NCBI GenBank assembly: GCA_034780895.1
Contig: JAUZTB010000127.1
Span: 25,492,691 to 25,556,690 of the forward strand
Origin: Rhynchobatus australiae
Lineage: Eukaryota
Reading direction: 5' to 3'
DNA: 64,000 nt
A program made the translations under genes and the position numbers. The notes under the pieces are model-generated. The model had not been told where the DNA came from, did not search any database, and saw nothing but the letters and a program-made list of their open reading frames with translations. Within the stretch, counting starts at the first letter, position 1, and each line of letters begins with the position of its first letter. Below are positions 25,411-38,644 of the stretch, piece by piece.

Positions 25411-26659
25411 CTCCAAGAGTGCAGGAGTTGTGAAATGCAAAGCAGGAAGACCTGTCTCGCAGGTCAGGCTGGGCATGTCCTCCAGCTCCAGAGAGAAAAT
25501 GGGGGGGGNNNNNNNNNNNNNNNNNNNNNNNNNNNNNNNNNNNNNNNNNNNNNNNNNNNNNNNNNNNNNNNNNNNNNNNNNNNNNNNNNNNNNNNNNNNN
25601 NNNNNNNNNNNNNNNNNNNNNNNNNNNNNNNNNNNNNNNNNNNNNNNNNNNNNNNNNNNNNNNNNNNNNNNNNNNNNNNNNNNNNNNNNNNNNNNNNNNN
25701 NNNNNNNNNNNNNNNNNNNNNNNNNNNNNNNNNNNNNNNNNNNNNNNNNNNNNNNNNNNNNNNNNNNNNNNNNNNNNNNNNNNNNNNNNNNNNNNNNNNN
25801 NNNNNNNNNNNNNNNNNNNNNNNNNNNNNNNNNNNNNNNNNNNNNNNNNNNNNNNNNNNNNNNNNNNNNNNNNNNNNNNNNNNNNNNNNNNNNNNNNNNN
25901 NNNNNNNNNNNNNNNNNNNNNNNNNNNNNNNNNNNNNNNNNNNNNNNNNNNNNNNNNNNNNNNNNNNNNNNNNNNNNNNNNNNNNNNNNNNNNNNNNNNN
26001 NNNNNNNNNNNNNNNNNNNNNNNNNNNNNNNNNNNNNNNNNNNNNNNNNNNNNNNNNNNNNNNNNNNNNNNNNNNNNNNNNNNNNNNNNNGTTTAAATGT
26101 TTGCAAGACCATTCTCTTTAGTTGCAACACAAACTCTATTTCTTAACAATCTGTCCTTCTTCAGTTATAGGGAACTAAAGAGAGTAGAATGGGATGAATG
26201 TGTTTGTGACCTGATGGACCAAGTGGTTGCCTCCTGTATCGTTATATAATATACAAAAATGCTTCTTAAATTGGAGTGATATTCCAAAATCAAAGACGAT
26301 CCAGTAACTGAACTTCTGGTCAATACTTCAAGGATTTGCTGGGGATTAAAATGTTCAGCAGTGTGTAAAGCAGTGTAAGTCATTTTAAATAGATGTCAGT
26401 ACATTAGTTATTAGTAATTTTCTTAGTGTAAAATTGATTAAATCGCACCACATTTTGACTTAGGAATATAGGCTTATCTAAAACTATGTATAAATTATTA
26501 GTATTAATGCGATCAATAAATTTGGTAGTGAATAAAAATGTTCAATTGCTCATTACCAGAGTTAGCAGTTAACTAAAATGTAGATACTGATTATGTAGAT
26601 TTCGGTCAATAATACATTCCATTATTACCTGACAGTTTGATTCCAATATATATGCTAGA

Positions 26660-27000
26660 TCTGCACTGGTAAACCAAATTGAGAGTTCAAATCTGTCCAA
26701 GATTTGAGCATTGAATCTACATGAGTACGGGAACTGCTTAATTGACAGGCGTCCTATTTGAATGAAATTATAAATCTTGATCTGATCAAATGAGTTAAAG
26801 AAAGTCCCATAACACTATCCTAAAGAATTCTTCTGGCATCCTGGTTGACTTTGCACCCTCCACCATCACCACACAGCTGCTTNNNNNNNCTCAATTATTG
26901 TTTGTGGAACCTGCACACCAGGACTGACCATACTACAAAAGCAGCTAATTTGCTGTGAAACATGAAGGACGTGAAAACAACGTGGAAATACACATTATTT
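26660..27000 (+). mobile_element. Old Deu-type SINE (SacSINE1/AmnSINE-like), degraded
   Basis: B-box-like gagttcaaatc followed by sequence resembling the Deu domain and an L2-like tail; recalled similarity only. Confidence 0.45.
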
Positions 27001-27879
27001 CTTTAAGAACTCTTGGAATGTTGCTTGCTCATGATCTTGTTTCTATAACAGTGATAGTTTACATATTGGCAGCTGCTAATTTGCAGCCATCATAAGTCAT
27101 TTCTTTTTAGAAGTTGCATGAATTTTTTACTCTTCAAAATGTCCGATAACAATGTTGAAGAGCGCAATATTGTTTTCCTTTTTGCCATCCAATATCAGCA
27201 GCCAGGCTCCAGACAAACCACAAATAGTTGATGAAAAGCTCTGTTCACTTTTAGCACTGATTACATATTTTACCATATTTGTAATATTTACAACTTCTCT
27301 GAGTGGCAGTTGAATTTTAACCATTAACATTCTGGTTTGCTGCTGCTTAATGCACACTTTTGGCTCAAATCCCAAAATCTGGGAGTCCGTAGGTTTGTAC
27401 AAGTTCTCTTAATATATGACTAGAAATGGCACACTTCAATTCTTGTCCCTTGATGTCAAAGGCTGTTTCCGCTGTAGGTTTCCATCCATTTATAAGTTGA
27501 TTGAGGTTACCCAATCTATTTGTGTTACAAGTAACTGATGGGAACTTTTGGTTCCATCTGGTTGGATTTTAACCTGGGGCAAAAGTTTAGTGTCAAATTT
27601 ACTGTACCATATGCAATCACTCTTTCTGTTTCTTTTGACATTTCAAAGAAAGCCATGCTTGGTATTTAGCAAAATAATATAATTTACATGGTTTCCCACA
27701 TTATAAAGATGTAGTCAGTTCTTGACTGGACATTTAAGTATGTGAAGTGACACGGTGTCTAAAAATTCATCCCTATAGGGTACTGGCAATGCATTGAACT
27801 CCATCTCCAAATTTGGATTCCATTGAATTCAAAGGAGCACAATGTGCTACTGACTAGAAAGGAATTTCTAGGCAAATGA

Positions 27880-28580
27880 AATAAAAATGGAAATACTCAA
27901 AGTCAGGCAGCATCTGTGGAGAGTAGAGTTAATGTTACATGAACTTTCATCACAAAGGGAAAATATAGAATCATAATAACATGTCTTAAGTGCCGAGGAG
28001 TGAACAAAGAATGTCTGTGATAGTGCAGGGACCACAATAGACTGAATGACACAGGTGCTGGTTGTAAATGCTGGGAGAGGGGAGTGAAGAGTTATTAATC
28101 ACAGATGATCAGTCTGCAGGAGATTTAAATAGAAGAAGATGAATGAAAACAGCAGAGGAGAGAGAAAGGAAAAGGAAAGAAAAGTAATGCTGGAACTGGA
28201 GATACAAGCTGGATAAGCAAAATACTGCANNNNNNNNNNNNNNNNNNNNNNNNNNNNNNNNNNNNNNNNNNNNNNNNNNNNNNNNNNNNNNNNNNNNNNN
28301 NNNNNNNNNNNNNNNNNNNNNNNNNNNNNNNCCATTCATCTGACCAGTACTGATACGCACTGGAAAGGCTGGTTGTCTGAAATTGTTGAATTAAATCTTC
28401 AGGGCTGTAATATTCCAAGTTGGAAGATAATATGCTGTTCCTCAAACACACCATCAGCTTTGTTAGAACAGCATCAGAGTTCAAAGGCACAGAGGTTAGA
28501 GTGGGACTGGGATGGATAATTAAAGTGATGGGTAACTGGAAGCTCAGGATCATCCTTGCAGACTGAATTGCTTTTAGACT
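27880..28580 (-). mobile_element. Penelope-like element 3' part
   Basis: Reverse strand of ~28375-28445 reads EEQHIIFQLGILQP, matching the PLE GIY-YIG C-terminal motif LEEQHLIFRLGxLQP; the terminal repeat family lies at 27885-27950. Confidence 0.7.
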
Positions 28581-31054
28581 TCTTGACAATTGACATTCTG
28601 ATTAAAGAACTATAAGGAATTTGCAAAGTGACTTCACGGCCAGATGAAAAGTTGCTCCCGAACTTGGAACTGTGGTGTTTCAGGCCATGGTGAGCAGCTG
28701 TGAGTATTGCTGACGATTGTTTCTGGTACCAAGTTAAAGTACAGCCATGTACTGAGGGCTGTGCCGGTAATTGGGTGAAGCAAATAATCTGAATCCCTCC
28801 TTATGATTTACCCGTTAATTTGATTAGAAGTTTGGGAATTCCAGATTGTGTGTTCCATCTTCGCATTTTACAGAAATATAATAATTTAAGTGTCTGAAAT
28901 AATTAATGGTTCTGTTGTTGTATTTTGTTTAATTATTCATTTCTAAACTCTGTCTGTTTTAACTGTCCACTGGGGACAGCTTGTATGTGGATCTCTTCCC
29001 TCAAGAGCAAGCAGTCAGCTGTGTTGGGAGAAATTTGTTTATTTCCTATCGTTAACATTTTTGGCTGAGTGATGCTGCTAGTCAGTTGCAGAACTGCAAG
29101 ACAAAAGGAGACCTGGTTGTAGTTTTACCACTAACTGGAATGCCGTAGCAGTACAGAAAATACAGATACAAGTGTGGCCCCCTTGCTTATTCAGGTGGTA
29201 CACTGATTGAGCCATGTTCTCCAAAGCCAAGGATGTTTATGTGTAAATTAGTTCAAACAAAATCATCAGTTTCTCCAGGCATGCAGTAACCAGGTTCAAG
29301 CCTCACAAAGCTGTACTGAATTAATGATGTTGGAACATTACTGGTTCTTTGTTTCCTCAAGCATCTTTCACAAGATTAAGTAAGATCATAGGTGTCTGAC
29401 TGAGAACTTTGTATTGGGAATGGTCTGTGAGTGGAAGGGCATCTGTTCTTGGTTTAGTTAAATAAAAGTCTTACAAGAGCACAAATCCTTTAACAGCCTG
29501 TACTCAGGAATAGTTATGCACAAACAAGGAATTACCAGCTGGTAATGAACAAGGGAATTTGTGCCTTGCACATTTTTATAGTTTAAGAGGCTTGGCTTTG
29601 AATTTCTTGTTTCCATATGTTAATGTCTATTTCCATGGCTGGGCTTAATTATCTGCTAACAATGATCCACCGAGAAAATGGGAAAACTATTGTTTTGGCT
29701 GGATCAGTGCAATGGATCACCAGTGTACACAAGTTATTCTTTAATTACAAACATAACTAAGACAACACATGGAAAGAAGTTTAGGAAATCCAGATGAAAT
29801 TATAGTACCAAATCATTCAAAACTAACAAACCAAAACTGCTTCTACTCAGCCAAGGCTTGGCTGGTAGCATTGACTCTTGGAATCCGGGGTTGAAGTCCC
29901 ATTTCCAAGCATCTAAAGTATAAAAAAATCTAGGTTGAACTAACTGGATTTTTTCTTTAATTCAGATTGAGAAAATCTGAATGAATTTACATGGATAGGA
30001 TTTGCTTAATGTCATTCTAAAGTAGAAGAACCTTTGGGCAAATCTAACCTGTTTCAGTTGTTTGTATTTTTTGCTTGTGAAAGCAAACAAGTGTGGATTT
30101 AAATTGATCCATAATGAGAATATTGAAAGTCCCAAATTATGGAATTTTCTACTATCTCTATGGGAATGTGTACATACCAATTTGAAATAACGTGATGTTG
30201 TCCGCAAGAATCTATTATCCCTGATTTTCTGGCTACAGGACTAACCATCTTTTTTAAGAACTTTTAAGAGTCATGCAAATACTTCAGTCATCTTTGTTTA
30301 TTTTTGCCTTTTTTATACATCATAAGCCCTGATCAAAGCCTAAAATGCCCATAATCCTTTAAATTACGTTAAAGAAGCTTCAAAGTAAATTGAATGTATG
30401 TACACCATGAATCAATTGATCTAAACTTTATCTCTCTGTCACTTCGAGGTATTTGATTACAACATGGCTGTTTGAAAAAAAATACCTGACTTGGTATGTC
30501 CAGTTGTAGTTTTGCCAAGTAATGGAGTTTTCTACATATATGGCATGAAATCAGTGCATCAGCATTTATGAGAGAGCTGATTTGGAGCTGTGTTACTTTT
30601 TCTAGCAAGGAATTCATCAGATTGTCACTTCCTTATCTACATTTATATTTTATGCCTTTCTACACTTAAATTATGATACAGAAACTCATTTTATTAGTTA
30701 TCTTTTCAACAGTTATTCATCTAAAAAAACTTAATCCTCAGGCTCTTAGAAGGCAATTTAATTTTCACAGTAATTGCACCTCTTCTTTGAGATAAACATT
30801 TTTAACAAATGTCTACGGCAGCTGTTGTAATTTGCAGTGGAACAAGAAAGTACTCTTATTTCTATTAATTAATGGAATAAAGCTTTTTTTTAACTTATAT
30901 ACAAATAAATGTAATTTAATTTTGGTGAAGCATTTTAATTCTTAGTGAAGCATGCTTTTTACATGAAGGATGAAGTAAGTTAAAACAATTAACGTTTATA
31001 TAAAATTGTTCCTGTCTTTAGGACATTTCAAAGCTATTCACAATGTCATCACCT

Positions 31055-31405
31055 AAAGTGTAGACAGTTAGAGCAGCCATTTTCTGAAATAGACCAAGTT
31101 TTATTGGTGTTACCCAAGGGATAAATTTTGGACAAAACACAGAGAGCTCTTTGATCATCTTTGAATTTGGATCTGTTATACATCCAGCTCAGGGGTTCTC
31201 TGTTTAACCTCTGCCCTGAGAGTTGGCATAGACTTATGAGCCTGCTGGTTCCAATATCATAAGGAAATATGAACAATGAAAATCTCAGCTGAATGATATT
31301 ACTTATGACAATACAACTTCCCCCTATATTGCATTGAAGTGTAAGCCTGGATTTCAAGCATCTGGAATGATGCTTGAACATAGAAATCTGCTACCACTGA
31401 GCACA
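31055..31405 (-). mobile_element. Old Deu-type SINE, degraded
   Basis: Antisense head (tgctaccactgagc; gtaagcctggatt) and Deu-like body (gtttaacc, agagctctttg); recalled similarity only. Confidence 0.45.
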
Positions 31406-31469
31406 GATGAATATCTAAAATAGTTTGTGCATCTCTGTTGGGATGAACCAGACATTGCAACACTTAGCC

Positions 31470-31965
31470 AAAAGCAAAATACTGCAGATGCTTTGCAAAA
31501 CACCTCTGTTCAATGTGCAGACTTGATGCCAAGCTTTCAGTTGCCTGTTAGTTTAATTCTCCGTACTACTACAACCCTGAAGCGGAAGGTAATCTTGAGG
31601 AACAACACCTCATCTTCCAAATAGAGATGATATCCCACTTTATATCTCATGTAAAGTTTATTTTTTTCATCTGGAATTTCACATTGTTTCTTCATACATA
31701 CCATCCTTTATTCAACCATCCTTCATACATACCTTTCGTTATTCACAGTTTATCACCTGGCTCCATTACCATTTCTGTTATTTAATCTCTCCTACTTTAC
31801 TTTTGTTCTCTTTTGCTCCTACATCCATTTTTCTGCAACAGAAAACTTGTTTTATCTTTATTTCTGGTCTTGATAAAAATCCATTCACTTGAACTGTTTT
31901 CTCTGTTTATCTCTCCACAGATGCTACTTGGCCTACTCCGCATTTGCAGCATTCTGTTTATTTCC
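31470..31965 (+). mobile_element. Penelope-like element 3' fragment, internally deleted
   Basis: FAKHLCS and cttgaggaacaacacctcatcttccaa (LEEQHLIFQ), followed by the terminal repeat family. Confidence 0.7.
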
Positions 31966-32789
31966 CATTAATATTAGCACAATAAACATTAGTATTTTGC
32001 TCATTTGGAAATTTGTGTAGAATAGGCAGATGTGGGCCTTCTCAATCAATGCTCATTTTAACCATTATGCTTTACTGAGTTAATAAGATTTTATTTTGAG
32101 GACGAATTTAAAATGAGAAATAGGTTGAAACTCAAAATGAACCTAAAATTAGAAGAACTCAAACTCCAAATCAAAATCTCCTTCTAAGTGTAAGCTATCC
32201 AAGTACATTGCAGTTAGTGTAAGCAATCAAAATGCATCACAATTTGATATGGCACATTTTATTTTATGTTTGAGAAGATGAGATGAGAACAAACTAAATC
32301 AAGTTTCCTTTTAGTGCATGTTTTTGTATATTTCAGGNNNNNNNNGTGAGCTTGCTTTTTTTAATTACACACAATTCATTTTTGTAATTGCGCTGTGCAG
32401 ACTGTTATTTACCAATTGATCATTGTCTGATCTGGAAAGAAATTTTGAGAACTGTAGGCTGGCTTATTTTGTTTTGAAACTACTTTTTTTGCCTAGAAGT
32501 TCCAGTGCACCCTGAGGGTGTGCTGTAATGGCATGGATAATGTGGAATGTTGATCCTGTTAATCACCTGATCAATCAAAATGTTGTTTCATACTTACGAA
32601 AGAAAGGGTGTTGCATATTGTTGCACTTGAAACTGAAAATTTACTCTGTTTGGATGGGATTCATACTGGGCTACTGAAGAAAAGGAAAGATTAAATTTGC
32701 AAAGATTCTAAATGTAAATTTTCTAATTCCCCTCCTTAGATTTGGGTATAGTGTTAGAGGACTAAAAGTTTACAAGTATTATAAAACTA

Positions 32790-34320
32790 TTCTTTAAAAA
32801 AAAAGGAAAGGGGATAAATTCTATTGTCAGTGGCCAGTCAGTCAAGTGATGTTTATGGGGAATCGTTTGAGACAAAATTATTTGGCACTTGGAAAATGTT
32901 GGCATAATAAATTAAGTCGACATGAGTTTGTTAAAATGAAGTCATGCATGGCTGCGTTGATTGAATTCTTTCATTAATTTATGGGGATGGTTGATGAGCA
33001 TACTATGTCATTAAAAGGAATTTTTACAAGCTGTTTAATAAAGTATCAAATAATTGAATTTTAGGAAAAACAAATGAACATTGGCAGCAAGGAAACAAAA
33101 TTGGTAAAGGGACAAAAGACTAAGAAAGCTAATAACCATGGAAGAAAAACACAAAATGCCAGTCAAGCAGCATCTGCGTGAAGAGAAATCAAAATGTTTT
33201 GGGTCAGCGACCCTTCCTCAGAACTGAAATGCTGAGCTGAGCTGCTTGACTGACTGAGTTCTTCCAGCATTTCTGTTTTTATTTCAGATTCCAGCATCTG
33301 CAGTTTTGTCTGTTTTCCAGTATCCCTTTTGTCTTCTGCAGCCACTTCTCCCCTCGCACACATTCTCTGTATCTTAATAGCTAACTATTTCTTTCTTTTA
33401 TGACTTCAAACAAAAGATTACTGCTCTGAAATGTTAACACTGACTTGTTGAGTATTTTCAGAACTTTATATATATCTTTTGCTTTCCAACAACAGTATTT
33501 TATTTCTCTAGTGACTAGAGGGAGCTAAATAGTGGTATTCAGCAGTTGTCATGTTGGTATTACAATTGCTGCCCATTTTTGATACAAGTCAATGACTTGG
33601 ACTTGAGCAGTAGGGGCTTAATTTCAAAGTTCGCAGATGGGTCAAAACATAGCCTGTCATTATTAAGATAATATTGCATTAAGACTGTTTAAATATAAGT
33701 AGTAATACATAGAATTAACTACAATATGCAGTGAAGAGCCATCTGACCTAAATAGTCTATGTTGCTGTTTATGCTAGACTCAAGCTTCCTCATATTTCCT
33801 TATCTAAATCCATCAGCATTGCCCTCTTCTTTTGCTTGTCTGGACTCCCTGAAATATAACTGTGTTTTTTGCTTCATCCACTCCCTTCGATAGTGTGTTC
33901 CATATTCTCACTACACTTTGAGTTAGGACATTACTTCTGTATTCCCAATCAGATTTGTTGTTGGCTTTTTTGGCTTCTAATTTTCTCATTTTATACGGCT
34001 CACTATTATATTTTTGAAATATGAATGTAACTCGTTCTGGAAACATTTTCACAGTATCCATTCTTTTGCGCCTTTCATAATTCATTAGCCAACTCCTTAA
34101 CTGCCTTTTGGCAAAAGAGAACCAAATTATTAGAAGGAACAGAGGGAAGATGAGTGAAAACAGAACACCTTGAGTGTGGAGGTCTGAATCTGATTGCCTC
34201 AAAGTGTCCTTTCGGCAGAAACCTGTACAATATTTAAAATGCACTTGATTGTGTATTTGATGTGCCATAGCCTACAAGGTCACAGACAATGAGCTGGAAA
34301 GTGATAAATCATAATAGAAG
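32790..34320. mobile_element. Mosaic of old CR1 fragments on both strands, with nested Penelope termini at 33150-33500
   Basis: + strand SRHEFVK..SC and ISKFAD motifs (32915-32950, ~33620-33640); antisense CR1 3' end at ~33705-34120. Confidence 0.55.
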
Positions 34321-34324
34321 ATAT

Positions 34325-35130
34325 AACCTCTGTCCTATCTCTTCCCTTTCCAGTGCCTAGGACCTCCAATAGTTTTTCCAGGTGAAGCAGCAAGTCCCGC
34401 CAGCACTTCTTCCAATTTAATGCACTGCATTCGATGTTCACAATGCAGTTCTCTCTGTTTTGGAGAAATCAAGCGTACATTAACTGATTGTTTTGTGAAA
34501 CACCTGTGTCAATCTTCAGGAATAACGATGACCATGACCCTCCCTTTGCATGCTTGATTAATTTTCCATCCCTCTCCCACACTGATGTGTTTTTCTGTGG
34601 CCTCCTGCACTGTTACAACAAAGCACAACACCAGCCTGAGGAATGAGATCTCATCTTCCATCTGGATGTGTTGCAGCCTTCCAGACTCAAATGTTGAACT
34701 CTCCAACTTCATGTACGCTTTTTTTCCTGTCTTTCTGTCTGCATCTGAACTGGCCATTTTGCCCAGTCATCCATCTGTGATTTTTGGCTCAGTTTTTCCC
34801 GCTCTAAAGTGGCTACCCAGTAGGCTGGCCTACTGTGCATATCCACAGTCCTACTATTGGTACAGACAAAGGAGCATAACCTGCCTCTGACTTTCACACT
34901 TACTCGTTTGGTCGACCTTATTAGGGATATTCCCTTTCTTCAGCCCACCCCTCCTCATTTGCTCTACAACTGAAACTAACTTACTTTTCCCTCTTTCCCA
35001 GTTCTGACAAAAAGTCTTGGATCTGAAACATTAACTCTGTTCCTCTTTCCTTGCATGCTGTTCTGACATGCTGAGTGTTTCCAGCATTTTCTATTTATAT
35101 TTTAGATTTCCAGCATCTGCAGTTATAGTT
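34325..35130 (+). mobile_element. Penelope-like element: GIY-YIG endonuclease remnant plus terminal repeat
   Basis: ~34411-34512 reads SNLMHCIRCSQCSSLCFGEIKRTLTDCFVKHLCQ (PLE consensus SNVIYCIxCxxCxxxYIGETKRxLxxRFxEH), then DLIFHLDVLQPS, then the terminal repeat with a hammerhead-like core at 35004-35035. Confidence 0.85.
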
Positions 35131-36269
35131 GTCGTTTTAAATCACACTATCCCTTATCAGCCAGCACTGACACAATTTGTTGAATAGTGCAGAAGGCTAT
35201 AACTTTTCATAATTCTGTTTTGGTGCCCTTCACATAGCTTAAAAAAGACTAATCTAACACTTAATAGAAAATAATTTTGGGACCCTTGTAGTCTGTATGG
35301 CTCAGTGGCGGCTTAAAGATTTTCTTTTTAGTCCTTATTGCAGTGTCTTAGTCTTTGTTACAATATGTCTTGTAACAATGCAGAAACACTGGAACGTGAA
35401 TTTGTCATGGGTACTAGTGCAAAACCATCTGTTCAATTATCTTGTCCATGATATCTAATGAAAGAGAAAATTGGGAAAAGTACAAAATGGGTTTCTAATT
35501 TACTACGTTGTGATACTGCCCAAAGCAAGTTTATATGTCACTTATTGTAGGTAAAGATATGAAGAGTGAGGAATGAAGAAAGTTTCTTACAATTTTTCCT
35601 TCTTCCATGTCTCTTGATAAACTTATATTAGGCTGTTTCCTTTCTGAGGGGTGGAAAATAATTCTGTGCAGCTTTGCTAATTTACAATCTGGAGCAACCC
35701 AGGGGACATGGATAATTGCTGTTGCTTCACCAATCCATTTTACTACTGGATTGCTTAAACAAGTCCCTATTTTCATTCACTTAATTTTTTTTTCTTTATC
35801 AGCAACTAATATGCATTTAAGAAACAGATCAGTGTTAATAGCTTGGGAGCAAACCTAGGTATGTCATGCATGAAATAATTCACAAATTTTAATGAGTTGA
35901 AAATAGTGGAGAATATTTTGTTTTGAAAGCCTATCTCATTTTACAGGTTACTTTTAGAACAAATATCACACTTATGTAAACTTTGATTTTAATAACCTCT
36001 GAAAAATATTGATAAATTACTCAAGGATTTGCTCTAAATTCAATACTTGGGTATGAAATATGAGTGTGCCATATATAGATTCCTATTCAAAACTGGGTTT
36101 ATTGCCGAAAGCAAAGATTTTTAATTTTATTTTTCATCTTATGAGAAATTGTTGGTTGTATTTTGATGCCTCTACAATATATGAATTTTGTTGAGGTTTT
36201 CTCTATCAGCCCTTTTCTTCTACTACTAAGTGTTCATAGAAGAGTACACTGCAGTGACAGCCCCATGGA

Positions 36270-36385
36270 GACAGCAGAAATTGTAGATGCGGGAATCTAG
36301 AGACAAAGAACAAACTGCTGGAGAAACTCAGCAGGTCAGGCAGCATCTATGGAGAGAAGGGAATGGTCATCGTTTCGGGTCGGTT
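36270..36385 (-). mobile_element. Penelope-type terminus
   Basis: ctgctggagaaactcagcaggtcaggcagcatctatggag...cgtttcgggtc; truncated inside the hammerhead stem II. Confidence 0.75.
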
Positions 36386-37639
36386 ACCATTCTGTTGCCA
36401 TGCTTTCTTCCTTCATTGCATTAAGAAAATGGAGCAGCATGAGGTCATCTTTTGACCTTAATTCATCACCGGTTGAATACTGCAGAAAAATGGAGAAAAT
36501 TGGTTACAGATTGGGAGGGCTATTAATAGTCCACTTACGAATTATTGTTGCTGTTTTCCTAAATAATGGCTGTAATACTATATAGTGGAAAGAGGGGAAA
36601 ACTGGTACTTATACTATTACTGTTGTTAAAATGAAAGACAGTATTGACAAATTGTGTGTCCTAATTTATTTGGAAGCATTTGAACTATTTTAATTAACAT
36701 CTTTCCCAGATCCTTTTACTTCTTCCAAGCATCTGGGAATAATGTAGGTGATGCAAGCATTTATCTGATTATTTATTTGTATTAGTTGTTTTATTTTGTA
36801 CAGAGTGTTTGCTGTGGATCTCAATTGGTTCAAATGCCTTGTTAAATGGATATCCTTAACCCAGGAGGAAAAGTTCATGTTGACCATAATGGTGCTGTGT
36901 ATATTAAGCATGCCTTGTAGTTAAAGTTCTTCTAGCACTGTTCACGTTAATGATGCAAATAAATGTCCAGAGAATGTTGTTTTGCAAGAAAAGGACAGTA
37001 ACATAAAAGAATTTTAAAATGATGTATTTCCTTGATGTATTGGCAAAGACTGCTACTCATTCATTCTCCTTAGATTGAAATATGGTGTTGCAGTTAGGAG
37101 ATTAGAAATGACTTACTGGTACTATGGAATTTATCAAAATTACCCATTATTATATTGCAGTCAGGCAAGCAACATACCCCTATTTCCAATCGGGGCATTT
37201 TTCCTATTCCCAGTCCTTGCAGTCATCTTTTCCAAAGTGACTTTCACAAAAAAAAAGAACAATTTCTCAGGAAATTTCCAACAGTGAAATAGAATCTTAG
37301 ATAGAGAGCATGTATGATTATGTGATTCTTTTATTGTTTGGACTGTACAGACTTCTTATGGCAGTTCTAATTGGGAATGCCAATATTCATCGAAATTCCA
37401 GACTTGCAACTCTGCACTGTCAAGCTAGGAGTTAACATTTAGATTTGGTTTTTCAATTTTGTCAGTTCCCTGGGTAACTGAACATCAAACTGGAGTCCAG
37501 CATCTGAGCTTAGTGTTGGTGTAATTCCCTATCATCATGTAGAGGAATTGCCTTTCAGGTCTGATCCAAGATGCCAGTGATTTCAAGGCAATAATTTGGG
37601 GGGCAAAACAAATATATATTACCTCTTTAATATTTTTAA

Positions 37640-38575
37640 CTTTACTTTTTGGGATGTGGGCATGGCTGGCATTTATTTCCCATAAGAATGTGATGGTGAA
37701 CTGCTGCCTTAAACCACTACAGCCTTTCAGGTGAAGTTTCTCCTACAGTGCTGTTAGGAAAGGAATTCCAGGATTTTGACCTAGTGATAATGAAGAACTG
37801 GCAATGTATTTCCAAGTTAGGATGGAATGCTACTTGGAGTGGGATATGCAGGAGGTGATGTTCCCATGCACTCGCTACCTTGAGCTTCATTAGGGAGTTC
37901 TCTCGGAGTAGTCGAGGCAAGTAATTGCAGTGCATTTTGAAGATAATGTTTAGGGTAATACATGGGTGCCAGTCAAGTGGGCTACTTTGTCCTGGATGCT
38001 GTTGAGAAATTTGGCTCATCCAGATCAGTGGAGAATTTTCATCAATGGTGCCTTGTACATGGTGGAAAGGCTTTGGTGAGGCATTTGCCACCAGATACCC
38101 AGCCTCTGACTTGCACTTATAGCCACTGTATTTTAATGGCAGGTTCAGTTGAGTTTCTGGCCAATGATGATCTCTAACCAATTCTATCCCCTCCCAACCT
38201 CCCAGGATATTGTCATCAAAGTCAAGTTTATTGTCGCATGCACAGGTGCAATGAAAAGCTTACTTGCAGCAGCATCACAGGCATATTAGCACATAAGTAG
38301 CATTCACATAAATGGGAACTCTGATGCCATTGAATGTCAAGAGTAGGTGATTAAACTGTCTCTTGTTGGAGATGGGCTTTACTTGTACATTTGTGACAAG
38401 AATGTTATATACCACTTATCTGTCCATGACTGAATGTTGCGTAGGTTTTGCTGCATGCAGGCAGACTGCTTCATTCACTGGAGAGTTGCAAATAGAATTG
38501 AGCATTGTGCAGTCATCAGCAAACATCCCACTTCTGACCTCATGATGAAAGAAAGGTTATTGATGAAGCATATTC
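37640..38575 (-). mobile_element. CR1/L2-group LINE fragment with a ~95-bp insertion at 38215-38310
   Basis: Reverse strand of ~38505-38570 reads FINNLSFIMRSEVGMFADD (RT catalytic motif); same family as 48245-49435. Confidence 0.8.
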
Positions 38576-38644
38576 AATGTCTTCGCCTCCACAGTTATTT
38601 CAGTTTGATATTTTAAAAATTATTTTGAGTGCTTTATCAGCACA

